A DNA stretch of 59,792 nucleotides, counting the filler, from Gonapodya sp. JEL0774 (Eukaryota): assembly GCA_027604505.1 (NCBI GenBank). It is 7 parts of 7 records of this genome, joined end to end, with 100 filler letters (N's around TTAATTAATTAA, not from the genome) between each part and the next. Parts side by side here need not be neighbours in the genome. Positions count along the whole stretch, not along the records: positions 34,388 to 42,795 come from JADIIX010000453.1; positions 42,896 to 51,294 come from JADIIX010000455.1; 5 more parts are not named here. The stretch is one strand, 5' to 3'. The notes beneath the pieces are model-generated. The model ran no database searches, was not told where the DNA came from, and was given only the letters and a program-made list of their open reading frames with translations. Positions 37,301 to 49,799 of this stretch are shown piece by piece. Position numbers and translations under genes: made by a program. How positions within the stretch are numbered: the stretch's first letter is position 1; every line of letters starts with the position of its first letter.

Positions 37301-40143
37301 AGATATCAGCGATGAAGAGAGCTTGCAGGAATCACACAAGCCAAGAGAAGGAAATTCGACAACTTTCACTCCAAATGCTCGGAAACACAATGATGGAAAC
37401 TTTCACGGTGTCTCTGACATGGAAAACAGGTCTCACGAAGAATCCTCTCCACAGTCAAGAATCAGTACCATTCCTGTTGCTTCGAGTGGACCGAAAGCAG
37501 CGAGCTCCCACGGGGGTTCGAGCACCGCCAGTGAGAGCCGAGAGGCTCGGCGTGGTGAGTCAAAACGGTTGGGGGCATCTCTCGATAGGTCTTAATCTCT
37601 TGTTCCGATTTCGTTTACTGCGCTTTGAGCCCGGATGATGCGCAATGAATTCGTAACAAGATTGAAACAAGTACCACAGACATTTGAACTCCGGCTGAAA
37701 GTGCTTTCAATAATGTGCCTTGCGCTTGCTGCATTGGGCATTGGATATGCAAACTCCGTGTTCGCCTCGGGTAAGCTCGACGAATCTTGGCGTCTTATCG
37801 TGACTACTCAGTTTTAATTGCTGGCTGTCCCCCAGTGTCTTCTGGTGTGGATGAATTCATAGTGACCACAGACCTAGGCCGAACGGCGGTCGCCATGGTG
37901 CAAGCAGCGCGACTCATGTCATATTTCGGAAGCGTCGGCGATACATCAAACCACGACATGCGGAAAAAAGACCTCGCGAATCTAGATGACAAGCTTGGCA
38001 ACGTTACTTTGCCTTACATCAATCAAAGAAGTGCAGATCGGAGTTCCGAGGTCCGAATTAGGACAGCTTATCAGCCCAAAGAGGTTCAAACGCGGGCTGC
38101 ACCTGAAATTGTCTACCAAAATCAATACGAAATATCGAACAGAATCGATGAATATGCTCGCAGCCTCTTGGCTCAAAGTGAGTTTTGAGACTGTTTCAAG
38201 AGCGCACGCGATCAAAGATTGAACTGGATGTAGGACCCGATTATTACCGAACTTTCCCGCCATCAAATGACTACCGAATTCGATACTTGGTTGAAAAGTA
38301 AGTATCTGCAACGTATGCTGAAAATATGATTATGACAGTTTACTCTTCAATTTCTTTTCACGGAACAGCATGATAAACATTGGGGAGACTATGAAAGGTT
38401 AGATCAAGCTATAACGCTCGGAAAGAGAGAGCACCGTTTGATTATCTGTCTATTTTATTAACTTCTCAGCTGTGTGCGATGTCGGGGAAGCTGAGTTCAC
38501 CTCCATGATCTCCAGATCCCTTGTGGGCCTTTGGGTGCGTCAGAACCAAATCGGGAGCTTGCGCTCTGTGTTATTGATCAAGTTTTTGTTTTAGGCGATT
38601 CTTATCATTTTGGTCCTAGTATTTCTTCTCAAAGTCGTTTTAGTCTGGTTAGTCAGGTTACTTCCTGGCATGTTGAATTCCGCAATTATCTTTTTCGTTG
38701 TCTTCTTCGACTCACAGGCTTCCGCTTTTACGTGATATTCGAGAAATTCAGTAAGTTTTTAGACGAGGTAGAACAAACGGTGAGACCATTGTGCAGTGAT
38801 ATCGGTGTTTCCACAGACTTCGATATCTCAAAATTCTGCCGACAATATCAAAGAAGATTTTGGACGAAGTTCTCCTGGTTATTGATGAGCAGCTCGAGGT
38901 TTTAAACGATGACGGTGCGCAAGTTCAAAATGCTTCCACAGCAGACGTAAGATTAGAGAAAAGATTATTGCTCTCGTTGTATTGAATGATTGATTCCTGT
39001 TCTTTCCTGCAGGACGATGCCACCAGAAGAGAGCACGAGCGAAAAGAGGTCACTCAACTGAGCTTGTCGCTTGTCGCCTTTTTCGCTTGCGCGTGCGCCA
39101 TCTTAGTTCCGGCAATCATACAGCTTCCCTCAAACGCCATGTATGTGCAGGTGAGAGAATTCGCTCCTGTGCGGTTAATCGACCACGAGCATTGACGATG
39201 TTAACGCCACTTCAACGATGACCTACAGCTCGTAAACTACACCGGTGGACGAAAGTTCATGACAAAAATGACGCTGACCCTGGCTTACGAAGTGGCGATC
39301 GGAGGTAGGTGTGATGATCCACACTGGCCATGGCAAATCGGGGTTCTCAACCGTTTCGCGACAGACAACGCAACGTGGACATTCGGAGAGCCGGAGATGT
39401 ATATGAAAGACTTGTGAGACCAATGTTGTGTAGGGACTGATTGACTCATGCTAATGACTATCGCGACATAGCTTCACCAGATACGAAAAACTGCATGAGA
39501 ACTCTATCACTGGTCGTGGTGATAGGGAAATCACACCAACCACAGCTATACCCATTTTAAACGACATTCTAGCCACTGATGGGTGCACGGCCTCGATTGG
39601 TTGTGATCCCGACGTGCGACGCTATAATGCAAGTTTCGGGTTCACCTACGATGCCGTCACAGCACCACTCGACCAGTTGATATTCGACTACATTCGAAAT
39701 GCAAAGTTGTTTTATCTTGTGGGTACTGTCGGACAAAAACTTCAGAGAATTGGCTTGACTGCCTACTTACAATATGTGAACACCAGTCAAACGCCCTCAA
39801 AGCGACACGCAACTTTCTGGATGACAACCTTCTCTTCATGGCAAACACAGAAATTGATATCGTAGATGGTTTGCTGCTGGTCGACCAGCTCATCCTGAAA
39901 AGTTATCTACCTGAACGGAACAATCTCGCGCTTTCGGCGTCTTTTTGCCTCTTCATCTTTAGTATTGTGATGTTTGTGACGTTTTACGTTTTTATTTACC
40001 GGAGAGTCATCGCGAGTCACGTCATGGAGATGGAAACGGTGGTCATGCTGATGCATATATTGCCTTTGATGGGACAGCCTGTCCCGGAGAAGCTTTCGAG
40101 ACTCATTCAAACTGGGGGTGCGTCAATTGGAGAAGAAGATTAA
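34388..40143 (+). CDS. TmcB/TmcC (tiny macrocysts)-like large multi-pass membrane protein, 5' end truncated
   Basis: N-terminal TM block (FSFTKGKFKAIWPLTLLR, LDC...C..AVH, GRTDMLYLLIK), helical region (DIRFMGF, LKTFW, YNRLIERFPKSK.ILRLFADF), then later TM pairs with luminal loops; many introns; stop TAA 40143. Confidence 0.7.
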
Positions 40144-40559
40144 AGACATTACTTTTGGCACATGCAATCCAGAACTTGTGATATACCAAAGAATGTACAG
40201 TTTCTGAAACTGACTACGATCAAGGTGAATTACCCCGACTATCCTTGGAGCAAGAAAAGTGATTTCCAACGCCCAAGAAACAAAGATTTTTGTAACGATT
40301 TGCGCGCCCACCTTCAAAGTGATCGCTGCCAATCCTCTAGCCTATTCCTCAAGGATCTTTGTCGCCATATTCTAAAAAGTTGACATTAGAAGAGCAAATC
40401 CATAAGATTCTCGCCGAAATCTATTCGACCGGTATAAATGGTAGTTGAAGACACCTGATCGTGCTCGTAGAAAGAGCTGAATGGTCGAGGTTGGGTCGGT
40501 GTCGGACATCACAAGGAATGGTCAGACCAAGCGCGCATCTCAAAGAGAGTTCTAATTCA

Positions 40560-41030
40560 CCTCACACTTGTCCCGCTTGGTATCGCGTGCTCTTCAGGAA
40601 GGGGCTTTCGAAAAGGCAGTCACGAGATGACGTGTGAGTGGGCGGCGACACATAACGGAAAGAAACCCACGAGAGCCGCCACTCAACTCCTGTCGGGCGC
40701 TTTGCAGTCACTTCCTTGATTTCTGAAAAGCTCTTGACTTGGGCCGGCTTGTCGAATTTCTGATCGGGTTGAAATCCCGTCGCACGTCATTTGCAGTTCC
40801 ATGTAACGCTCACAACATATGGTATGCAATCTCTCGAGGCTCACCTTGTACGCTTCACTATCCATCCCCTTGGGTTTCCCCTTGGACGACATCAAAAATC
40901 CACCCTCAGGCGCTAGTTTGGTGAAGGAGAGGGCGGGACGGACCACGTCAGGTTTGATTCCTCGACGCAACAGGTGCTCTGGCGTGGTGGTGGTGATGGT
41001 ACGGAAACTTGTCGAAAGACGGGCGAGCAT
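40560..41030 (-). CDS. Small hypothetical protein with a mitochondrial-presequence-like N-terminus
   Basis: MLARLSTSFRT start, GTGAGC donor after AYK; 3' exons uncertain. Confidence 0.4.
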
Positions 41031-41309
41031 TGCTAGATGGTGATCACTGCGCGTAAGTGAAGAAGTTACGTCAACGCACTTTTCTGCCGGTTCCTCGGTC
41101 TCGGTTTGTTGTACAACAGCTGGATCATTTATATCTGCAATCCGACTCGAACTGCGCTAGTTGCTGAGACCAATTTATATTGAGCGATGCATATTCCACC
41201 ACTGAATCTCACGTATTAAAACTCCAACCCGCCAATCGTGAAAACGTGAACGGGCCAAATTCCCAGTTCCCAAACGAACAAACCCTTCGCGGATCTCCGC
41301 CCCCTCCCG

Positions 41310-42043
41310 TCACTTATCCTCCCTCCCCGGCTCCCCCTTGACGCTCATCCTCCTCGACGGCGGTTTCTTCGCCTCACACGCGAACCCCATACTCATCCTC
41401 CGCCTTCCCACCGACTCCTTCCTCATCCCGTCCATCCTCACCCTTTCTTCCCGGTCCGACTCCGCCTCCGACTCCTCCGAATCACTGCCGCCGTCCGATC
41501 CGCTCGAGGTCTGTTCGGCGGTTTGCGGCGGGGTGTGAAACCTCACGTTCCATCTCAGTAGCTCGTTGGTGTCGCGGGCCCAGTTAACCCGGTGAGCTGG
41601 GCGATTGATGGTGGGCACGGTTAAGGGAGAGGTGCGGAGCTTAAGAGGGTCGGGGTCCCGTCGGGTCGGGTCGAGGCGGAAGGTGTGGGACGGGTAAAAC
41701 GTGTCGGACGGAGCGGGCGAGGCAGGGGCCAGCCAAAGGATTACAGAGTGTTCCCATTCACACCCCGTTCCCCGAACCATCTTCAGCACCCCCCTTCCCC
41801 CCCACCCCTGCTCACCTCCACCGCCCGGGCCGGTCCCACATGCCGCGTGATTCTTCCATCCCCGTTAACCTCCACACTGGTCCCCTTGCCCTTACGCCCA
41901 TGCCCCGGCTTCTCTACCTCGATCCGCACGAACGAGTCGGGCGGGAGGAGGGTGGACCGGAACGAGAGGGACTGGGGGCACACGGGGCAGAATTGAATAG
42001 AGGGGATGTGAGGGTGAACGAGGGGACCGTCCGAGGCGAGGGT
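41310..42043 (-). pseudogene. C-terminal fragment of an NAD(H) kinase (POS5-like)
   Basis: TLASDGPLVHPHIPSIQFCPVCPQSLSFRSTLLP...VNGDGR, intron 41815-41640, then SPLTVPTINR...NWARDTNELLRWN. An in-frame TGA (42046-42044) lies immediately upstream and the GGDG/TPTGST motifs are not found. Confidence 0.75.
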
Positions 42044-42795
42044 TCAGCCCCGCCGTGTAAAAACTCGATCAGAGGGGGAATGGAAGTTGGGAGGGTCTGG
42101 TAGAGCCGACGAAGCTTTTGCTTATGGGACAAGCTCCTTTGGTGCAAATACACGTGTTGGTGGCAGGTGAGACAACTGCGCGGGCGATTGGTATGGGAAT
42201 CGTCTTGAAATCTCTGAGTCCGATTCATTCTCAGCTTGCCATTCTTCAACATCCAAACAATGTCTCCAAAACCCATCGCCCGCCCGCTCTGCACTCTCAT
42301 GCTTGAGCATTGATTTCGAAATTAACACAGAGGCCTTAGTGCACGTCATCCTGCATCCAGTTTCAAATCTTACACTTCAAACCAAAAGAGGTCGTATCCA
42401 AGGGGGAACAGTAGAAACAGATCAGACGACTCTGGGACTAGAAGAAAAGCATGATATAGCGGTTATATTGGGAGGTCCTTATTTTGGCAGCTTGACGGAG
42501 AACTTATGCAAAGCATCCTCTTAACCCACTTGAGCCGGTGGGAAAACAAACTGCAGGGACCAACGATTAAACGATGCACAAGAGACGCAGGGAGCAGGGA
42601 TGGAAGGGATCGGAGAGTGCCTGAGCCTTCGCCTGCCAAGCTTGTCAGCACCCCCGCCACCATCAACTTCATCGACGTGAAACTCTCCGATCCGAACCTC
42701 CATGGACTCCAATCGGGGCACCAAGCTCACTTCGCAACGTGCCGCACCGACCATCACGGGATCCCAGGAGATCTTTGACGAGGAGGACGAGGAGG

Positions 42796-42895
42796 NNNNN
42801 NNNNNNNNNNNNNNNNNNNNNNNNNNNNNNNNNNNNNNNTTAATTAATTAANNNNNNNNNNNNNNNNNNNNNNNNNNNNNNNNNNNNNNNNNNNN
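42796..42895. other. Artificial contig linker
   Basis: Same 100-bp spacer. Confidence 0.99.
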
Positions 42896-42987
42896 CCCCC
42901 CCCCCCCCCCCCCCCCCCCATTCGTCTCTTGCTGGGGAATCCTGCCCTGCCTTGTCGATCATTTACCTGATCCGCTGTTAGTGGCAT
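42896..42987 (-). CDS. First exon of a third GPCR paralogue (rest cut by contig edge)
   Basis: ATGCCACTAACAGCGGATCAG|GTAAAT differs by one base from exon 1 of the gene at 44945 (MPLTADQ). Confidence 0.75.
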
Positions 42988-43437
42988 TCTGGTGATCTGT
43001 TCAACAAGAAGATGGGGCGTATCAGGGTACTGTGTGAACCTGATCGAACTACTTCGCAGGCACAGAAATCCGTTTCTAATGGACACCACCGCGTCACAAA
43101 TACGTAGTAGGAGTTTCTTCTGAATGCTCTCTGTGGTGCATTTACTAGGCAATGCAACGGAATTGGTTTAGTTCCCGCACCACAGAGTACGCAGAGATTT
43201 CCGACATTCATTTGTTCTTTTGAAGTAACATTCAGTTCTTGTGCCTTCGTACATAGCTCAGATTGCTACTCGGGCAACATGAGCGTGATCATCTAGTTGT
43301 GTAGTAGGCACCAACCACAGTCCCGTTCGCCGAGGATTCCATATATATACTACACGTTCTAGAATCAAACGGACAGCCCTTCTACGATTTGACTCAATTT
43401 TTTATTTCTTCGATCGATCTTTTTAGGTAGATGAAAT

Positions 43438-44945
43438 TCATACTGCCGCAGACTTATCGACCTTGGGAGTGGGTGATTCTGAGGTCTTCTGTCCCGGCAT
43501 CTTCGTATCCCCAGTGCCTTGTCTGATAGACGGACGTGCTGAGGCAATAAAGCTTGATGTTCTTGCTCGAGATTGACTGTTCTGTGATCCCGAATTACCG
43601 GCAACCGACGATCTGGACTTGGGATGATAGATTCTCATGTATTCGTAGTAGAAAAATACGACGGTAATGTTGACACCGTGGAGTTGACCAAAAAAGGATG
43701 TGATTACGTAGAGGGCAAAGATACTGTCCGTCGGGCTCACGATACTTGTTGGTGACAATGATGATCGTGAGAATTGGATGTACCTCGGTTGCTGGTCTGC
43801 GCACAAACACACCCACTTCTGAATCCTATTGATCGAAGTAAGGGCGATGGACACACAAAAGCCAGCCAAGTACGCGCTGATCCTCCGTACATGACCAGCC
43901 ATGGCGGCATTCGTGCTAACTTGCATTTGTGCCATTGTGCGGGCAATGGCGGCTGAAACACCTCGTTCCGAAGCGTTAGTAATACTCAAAGTTCCGAGCA
44001 AGATTTCAATCAGCTACTACAGCAAAATTTGAGCTTTTCAGAGAGATACCGAACTCACTTGCTGACAGTTTTCCGAAGTGAGAACATTGCGAGACCAAAC
44101 ATCACAATGTCAAAAACGAGAATGATCCACATCGGAACATAATAACTGAGTACTCGGAGGCGATCATCAGCGATCCAGCACCATGGACTAGTGTTACGCG
44201 ATTTCAAGAGAACAAAGGTGCGAATGACCGAAATAGTCGTGTTGATTCGAAACGTTATTGGATAATTGGAGAGGGTTCGATCCACTCACCCAGCCGGTCC
44301 ATACATTCGCCGACCTGTCGAACCATCCGTGACTCCAACATACGCTAGTGCAATAATAGCCGAGAATGCCGTCGCCGCCGCCACGTATTTGGTCTCGTAT
44401 GGCACCATTTTCGCGGGAGAGCTCACTGCCCGAAGCAGTACGATCAGACAGATCTCCAAACCGATACACAGTGAAAGTAGCGCTGATAGAGTGAGACCAA
44501 CTGGAAGGGGAAGACATTTTAGCCGGCGTATGCCGCTCATGAAAGTGGTCGTACCAACATTGTATCAAAACTCCTTGGAATTGGCAAAGTGCATCAGATG
44601 TGAACCCGAGGCTTTGAATCGGATGCAAATCAGCCAAATACGATCTTCGGTTCTAAAGACTTAGGTTCACCTCACTTTGCAATAACTCCCCCCCAGTCGC
44701 AAAACGTTGTCGCAATTCCAATATAAACTCCCAACCGATTGGAAGCACCCCTCGATGCTGGATACCTGATATACCAGAAGGTCATGGCATAGACCCCAAT
44801 AATACTCAGAGAAGCTGAAGCTCGGCTGAGAGCGGTAAGTGTCACTCCCTGCGGCGTTCACATGTTTTGTTGGTGACGTCAGATTCTCTGTCTCAAAGCC
44901 TTTCTCGGCTCTCAATCAACTCACCTGATCAGCTGTTAGTGGCAT
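43438..44945 (-). CDS. cAMP-receptor-like 7TM GPCR, paralogue A
   Basis: SLSIIG (TM1), LCQFQG, MYGPAG...WCWI, YYVPMW, SINRIQ, GQLHGV; Ser-rich tail; multiple introns. Confidence 0.88.
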
Positions 44946-45220
44946 ATTGGTGATGGACGGTGGTTTCGGTGAGTGAATGGACGGATCTAGGGTATTTGCC
45001 TGCCTGATCGGGTGCTCCAGTTGAAGAAGTCTGCAATTTCGATTCGCAAAGATACATTCGACTAGGTCAACACTCTCAAGTGACTGATCATTGTATTAGA
45101 GCGGATATTGCAGCTGCATTTAATTGATTATTTCCTTTCCCAGATAGGTTCTTGTTGCACGGGATATTCACAAAACTCCATCCTACCGTTGTTACACGCA
45201 ATTTGTACACGCTCGAGCTA

Positions 45221-46788
45221 TCACTTCGGTAGCGGAACGTCATAAACGGCTACTGGTGACCGTAAACTTCCCTGCCTTGAGCTTTTCACTGTTGTGTGAC
45301 CGTGGCTTTGCGGTACCGCCAGAAACGATGAGTCTTTGGAGTGACTCGTCCCAGCTTTCAAACTCGCTGTCCTCTCCTTCTCCGATGTCGCAGGTGTGAC
45401 GCTCTGCCTCTGTGATTCGGAAGTAAAGCTACTCGAGCGATGATCTGGTGAGGTTCCTTTGACGTACTCCGAATGGAAGAATATACACGCGATCCCAATG
45501 CTTGCAAACGGTGCGATGAAGGCGGTCATCACGTAAAGCGCAAATATTGGCTGACCCGGGTTGGTGATACTAAATACGCATAACAAACCAGTAAGTGCAT
45601 GACATTCAAGAGTATGCTGTGGTTCACCGCACCCACTTTTGCAACCGATTTATCGAGACGAGCACCATCGGTACACAATACGCCAACAAAAAGTAACTGC
45701 TTTTTCGAACATAACCGGCCATCGCAGAGTTGGTGTGTACCTGAAGCGTTGCAAGGGTGCGAAAGATGGCAGGTGAGACTCCGCGCTCGCTGGCCTCAGC
45801 GATACTGGTGGAGTGAAAGATCATTGAGATGAAGTCATGCCGAGAGATCTTACTGTTGAAGATCAAGGGTTTCTTGACCGGAAGGCTCACTTCGCATTTT
45901 TTTTCCGGAGAGAGTACTGCGCAAGGATGAAGACAACGAAATTGAAGACCACGATGATCCACAAAGGGACATAGTAGAGGTAGAGACGGAATGTATCTTT
46001 TCCAATCCAGCACCATGTTCTTTGATTGCACGTTGGAATGAAGAGGGGTGAGGTATACTTGTCGGTGCATTGGAAGAGGAATGGTTGAAACTGTCCGCAC
46101 TCACCCTGCGTTTCCGTACATCAAATTACCATCAGGATCTCTGACCCAACGCAGCAATAGAGATTCAAACAGTATGATCATCATACCAGTGCCTGCGAAA
46201 ATCTTCTGATAAGGTAGGATAGCCGCAGGCTTGGTCGCGACGCCACATATGACCACAAGACAGATTTCCAATCCAATGCAGAAGGAGAGAGTTGCCGAGA
46301 GCCCCAAACCGACTGCAAGAAGCAAATTCAATACGTAGTTAGCGGAATAGACGATAATCACCGCTAATCAAAAAGTAGTTACATTGCATTATGAAACCTT
46401 GAAACTGGCAGAGTCCTTCCGACGAGAATCCCAAGCTTTTATGAAGAGTGAGGCAAAATTAAAAGCTGTGCGTCAACCACTGCCAGTGAGAAAATGACTT
46501 CGCTTACACACTCACTTGCCAATAATGCCACCCCAATTTGAGAAAGTTGTCGCCAATCCAAGATACAGGCCCATTCTGCTCGACGGGTCCCTCGCGGTGG
46601 GGACCCTGAACATGTAGAATGCCATCGCATACATGCAAATGATTCCAATTGACGACGAGACGCGGCCTAGCACTGCAAGTGTGCTCAGCTATTGGGTAGA
46701 CGACAGGGTATCAGAGACGGAAGTTCCGACTCAGCTCCAGACGGAAAACCATCCAAAGATCACTCACATCTCCATCACTTAAGGGCAT
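45221..46788 (-). CDS. cAMP-receptor-like 7TM GPCR, paralogue B
   Basis: MPLSDGD micro-exon, LCQFQG, MYGNAG...WCWI, YYVPLW, SINRLQKW; intron positions match paralogue A. Confidence 0.88.
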
Positions 46789-47378
46789 GATTTCGCTGAG
46801 CTTTGACAAGTGGTGTGATGCTCAAGCTTCGAACTGGATTGATGAGAGAGTTGCCTGAAGTGTGATGGGAACATGAAGCAGGACACCACCTTGCGAAGGA
46901 GAGTGAAGAAGCACCATGAGTCAATCAGACCAACAGATGCCTGTGGAGCGATCCGTCCATGAGACGCTAAGATTCGACGTGAACCTGTCGCACTGCCTGG
47001 GGGGCGCTTTGGGTGGGATTTGTGTCTATGACGGATGGAATGGATCCGACTCGCATTCCATGACGGTCTTCTTGACAGATCGTGCACACCACAACTACTC
47101 CGTTGTGATCAAGAAACAATATTCCATTCGTGGGGAACGGGGGAACATTCCTCGTTTCAACCTGTTTTGCCGAACCACGGAGTGCTCTTTTACTTCCTAT
47201 GCACTTTGTTGTAACTTGAAGTCATCTGCTCACGTGAACCTGACCGAAAAATTCCTTCGGGCCTCGAATACCATCGATTCGGATTTGTCTCGACCCGGAG
47301 TTTGGGCGAAGAAACCCACCTCAGCGACACGTAATCGGTTCGAGAATATCCATTGACTTTCCCAACTCCTGTCAAAGG

Positions 47379-48779
47379 ATGGGCCGAACGTACTCAGATA
47401 CCGCTACGTTTGAGTGAGTTTTATCGTCACCTCGCCAAGGAACGCGGTCATGTGTTTCATCTAAATCGAACCCACCATTCACAAAGATATCCATGGGAGT
47501 ATGTGACACGGGCCGTGTTCCAAAAGTACCCGAATCCTTTTGCTACTCATGTTCTGACATCGGACGTAGTGGACCGATGGGTGGATGAGACCACAGGTGG
47601 GTTTTCTCCGGAATCCACCAATTCGAATCTGGTAACCAGAATTTGGCTCACAACAACATGTGCTATATTTTAGGAGTGTTGCATTCTGTGAGAGTGTTTA
47701 TCAAGACCAACAGCTTGCCCAAGTGGGCGAAACCGGTGAGTTTAAGAAGCACTAGTTAGTTAATTTTGGATGTCTCGCAGAGATCAGCTCGTCTCGAAAG
47801 AAAGACGCCCGTTGCTTTTCGAAACTGGAGTGTGTGGTACATATGTCTATCACGATGAAAACCCCCACAACCGAACTCATTGGCTCTTTCGCTGACGATC
47901 TTTTTTTTCCCGTCTCGTTCAGATCTTCCCCTACACCCCCGAAACCTACGTCATCGAACTTTCTACTGTGGACCCGTCTGCAAAAGAAATGCGGACTCGG
48001 ACGTGGAACTTGACCCATACGAAGATGATGCGGATCGAGGTGAGTTGTAGAATTCAGCCATCATGTCCCCTGTAGCCATCCCATATGCCCATTCTACCGG
48101 ACACTATCCTCCTAACCTATGCCTCACTCTGCATAGGAATCTCAAATCTTTCGCCCAAGTGCCCTTTCAGCCATCACCTCCTCCGAAGTACCCAACAATA
48201 CCACCACATCACCCACGTCTCCTCTCGCCACCACCACTACAGTTCAGACCCACGCAAACATCGAATCTCACGCAGGCTCGGGACTTGGTGCCATATGGCT
48301 GCGAAATAGGATTGAGAGTTTCGGAGTAGGAAGGTTCGAGGGGAACACTGCAAAGGTGAGCCGCGAGGCAGACCCCCTGAGACGCATCCCTGCTTGTTCG
48401 CATAGAATAATTGCCTAATATTTTGCTCGCCATATTCTTTCGGCTTTCATGATTCCTTGAATCTTCCAACTTCATTGTATGACCCAAGTCCCGCCGGGGG
48501 CTCCTCCACGTTCTCTCTGAAATCTCTCCCGCTCAACCATCCACCACCGCCAGCAACACCAAAGAACCGCTCCTCTCTCGGCTTTCTGTATCTGACACTC
48601 TACGTGACCGCACCAAGAAGATCGCAGCAGTGGTTGGAAACGCTGGCACCACCGCACACCCCGTGGGACTGACTGCGGCAGTGACCGGTGCTCCAGTGAC
48701 GGTGGCGGGTGGTGTTGGGGCTCTGGTTGCTGTGGTCGGAGCGGTGGCGTGGTTTGCAGTGAAGGTTGGAAGAGGATGA
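47379..48779 (+). CDS. UPS1: PRELI/MSF1-domain lipid transfer protein (Ups1-like) with hydrophobic C-tail
   Basis: YPWEYVTRAVFQKYPNPFATHVLTSDV, LPKW, TYVIELSTVDP, TWNLTHTKMMRIE, IESFGVGRFEGNTAK|SRRGLLHVL. Confidence 0.88.
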
Positions 48780-49799
48780 GACGTGCAAGGACCCGCGCTT
48801 GTTATGCAAAAACGGGACACTGACGATTCAACCTGGCGAGTGCGCACGGGAAGAGTAAATTTTGGTAGATTGCTGGTACGGGTGTGTATGCGGTGCCCGT
48901 ATCGTGGTCGAGGTTGTCGTCTTGTAAATACTTCTTCAGGTCTCGATGCTCTGAGCTTGGCCAACCTGTGTTTTGGGAATGCATTGTAAATTTGTTGCAA
49001 ATATCGAAACAACATGTTTTGGATCAGTTTTCGCATCGAATATTCTCTACTTGGAGGTGAACTGATTAAGATCACTGTGAAGGTTCTACGAATCAGCCAA
49101 CTTCGAAATGCTAACGTATTCATGAGTCTTCTATTCTAATATGTCATAATTTATATTCGTACTGCTATACTTCAAATCCACATTGGTATGTACATCACAT
49201 ATTTGGTTCGCCCATGCCACCTGTACCTTTGATCGAGCCGCACGTTCTTTACCGCACGATGAGGGACGATTTGCTGCCTGCTGACTGTCTGACTTCGATT
49301 CGAGCAGTTCCATGGCAACCAACAGCCCCTGGTTCATACATAACCAGCCCGACACGTTTCCGCAATTGAACAGGAAGGACATTTGTTCCAGCGGAACCAA
49401 ATCAGATGCTCGAAAAAACTTTCGAAGCTAAAATCATGCATACTCGCTCGAGGCGGATGAACAATCAACGCCCATTCCAGGCCATTTGTTTACAAAACAT
49501 CGGAGCGCCGGCATCCCCGCGCACGTCCCAGAAAGGTGCATCCCCTACCACAACTCAAGCTCTTCTTGATAATCACTGTCGTTGTGCAGAACTCTGCAGT
49601 CGCTTGACGGTACATTCGAGACTTTCATCAGTCAGATCGCGGAGGGAAACGTTGTACCCGGAGGAGGCTCATGTCCTGGAGGTGAGTCTGTTCGTCGAAG
49701 GTGAGTAATGGCGGCTTCGTCCTCACCAGGACCACTTACATATGAAAAATCCAGAGCGATCCATTTTCGGTACTTGATTTATGCTGGAAAACTCGAGTG

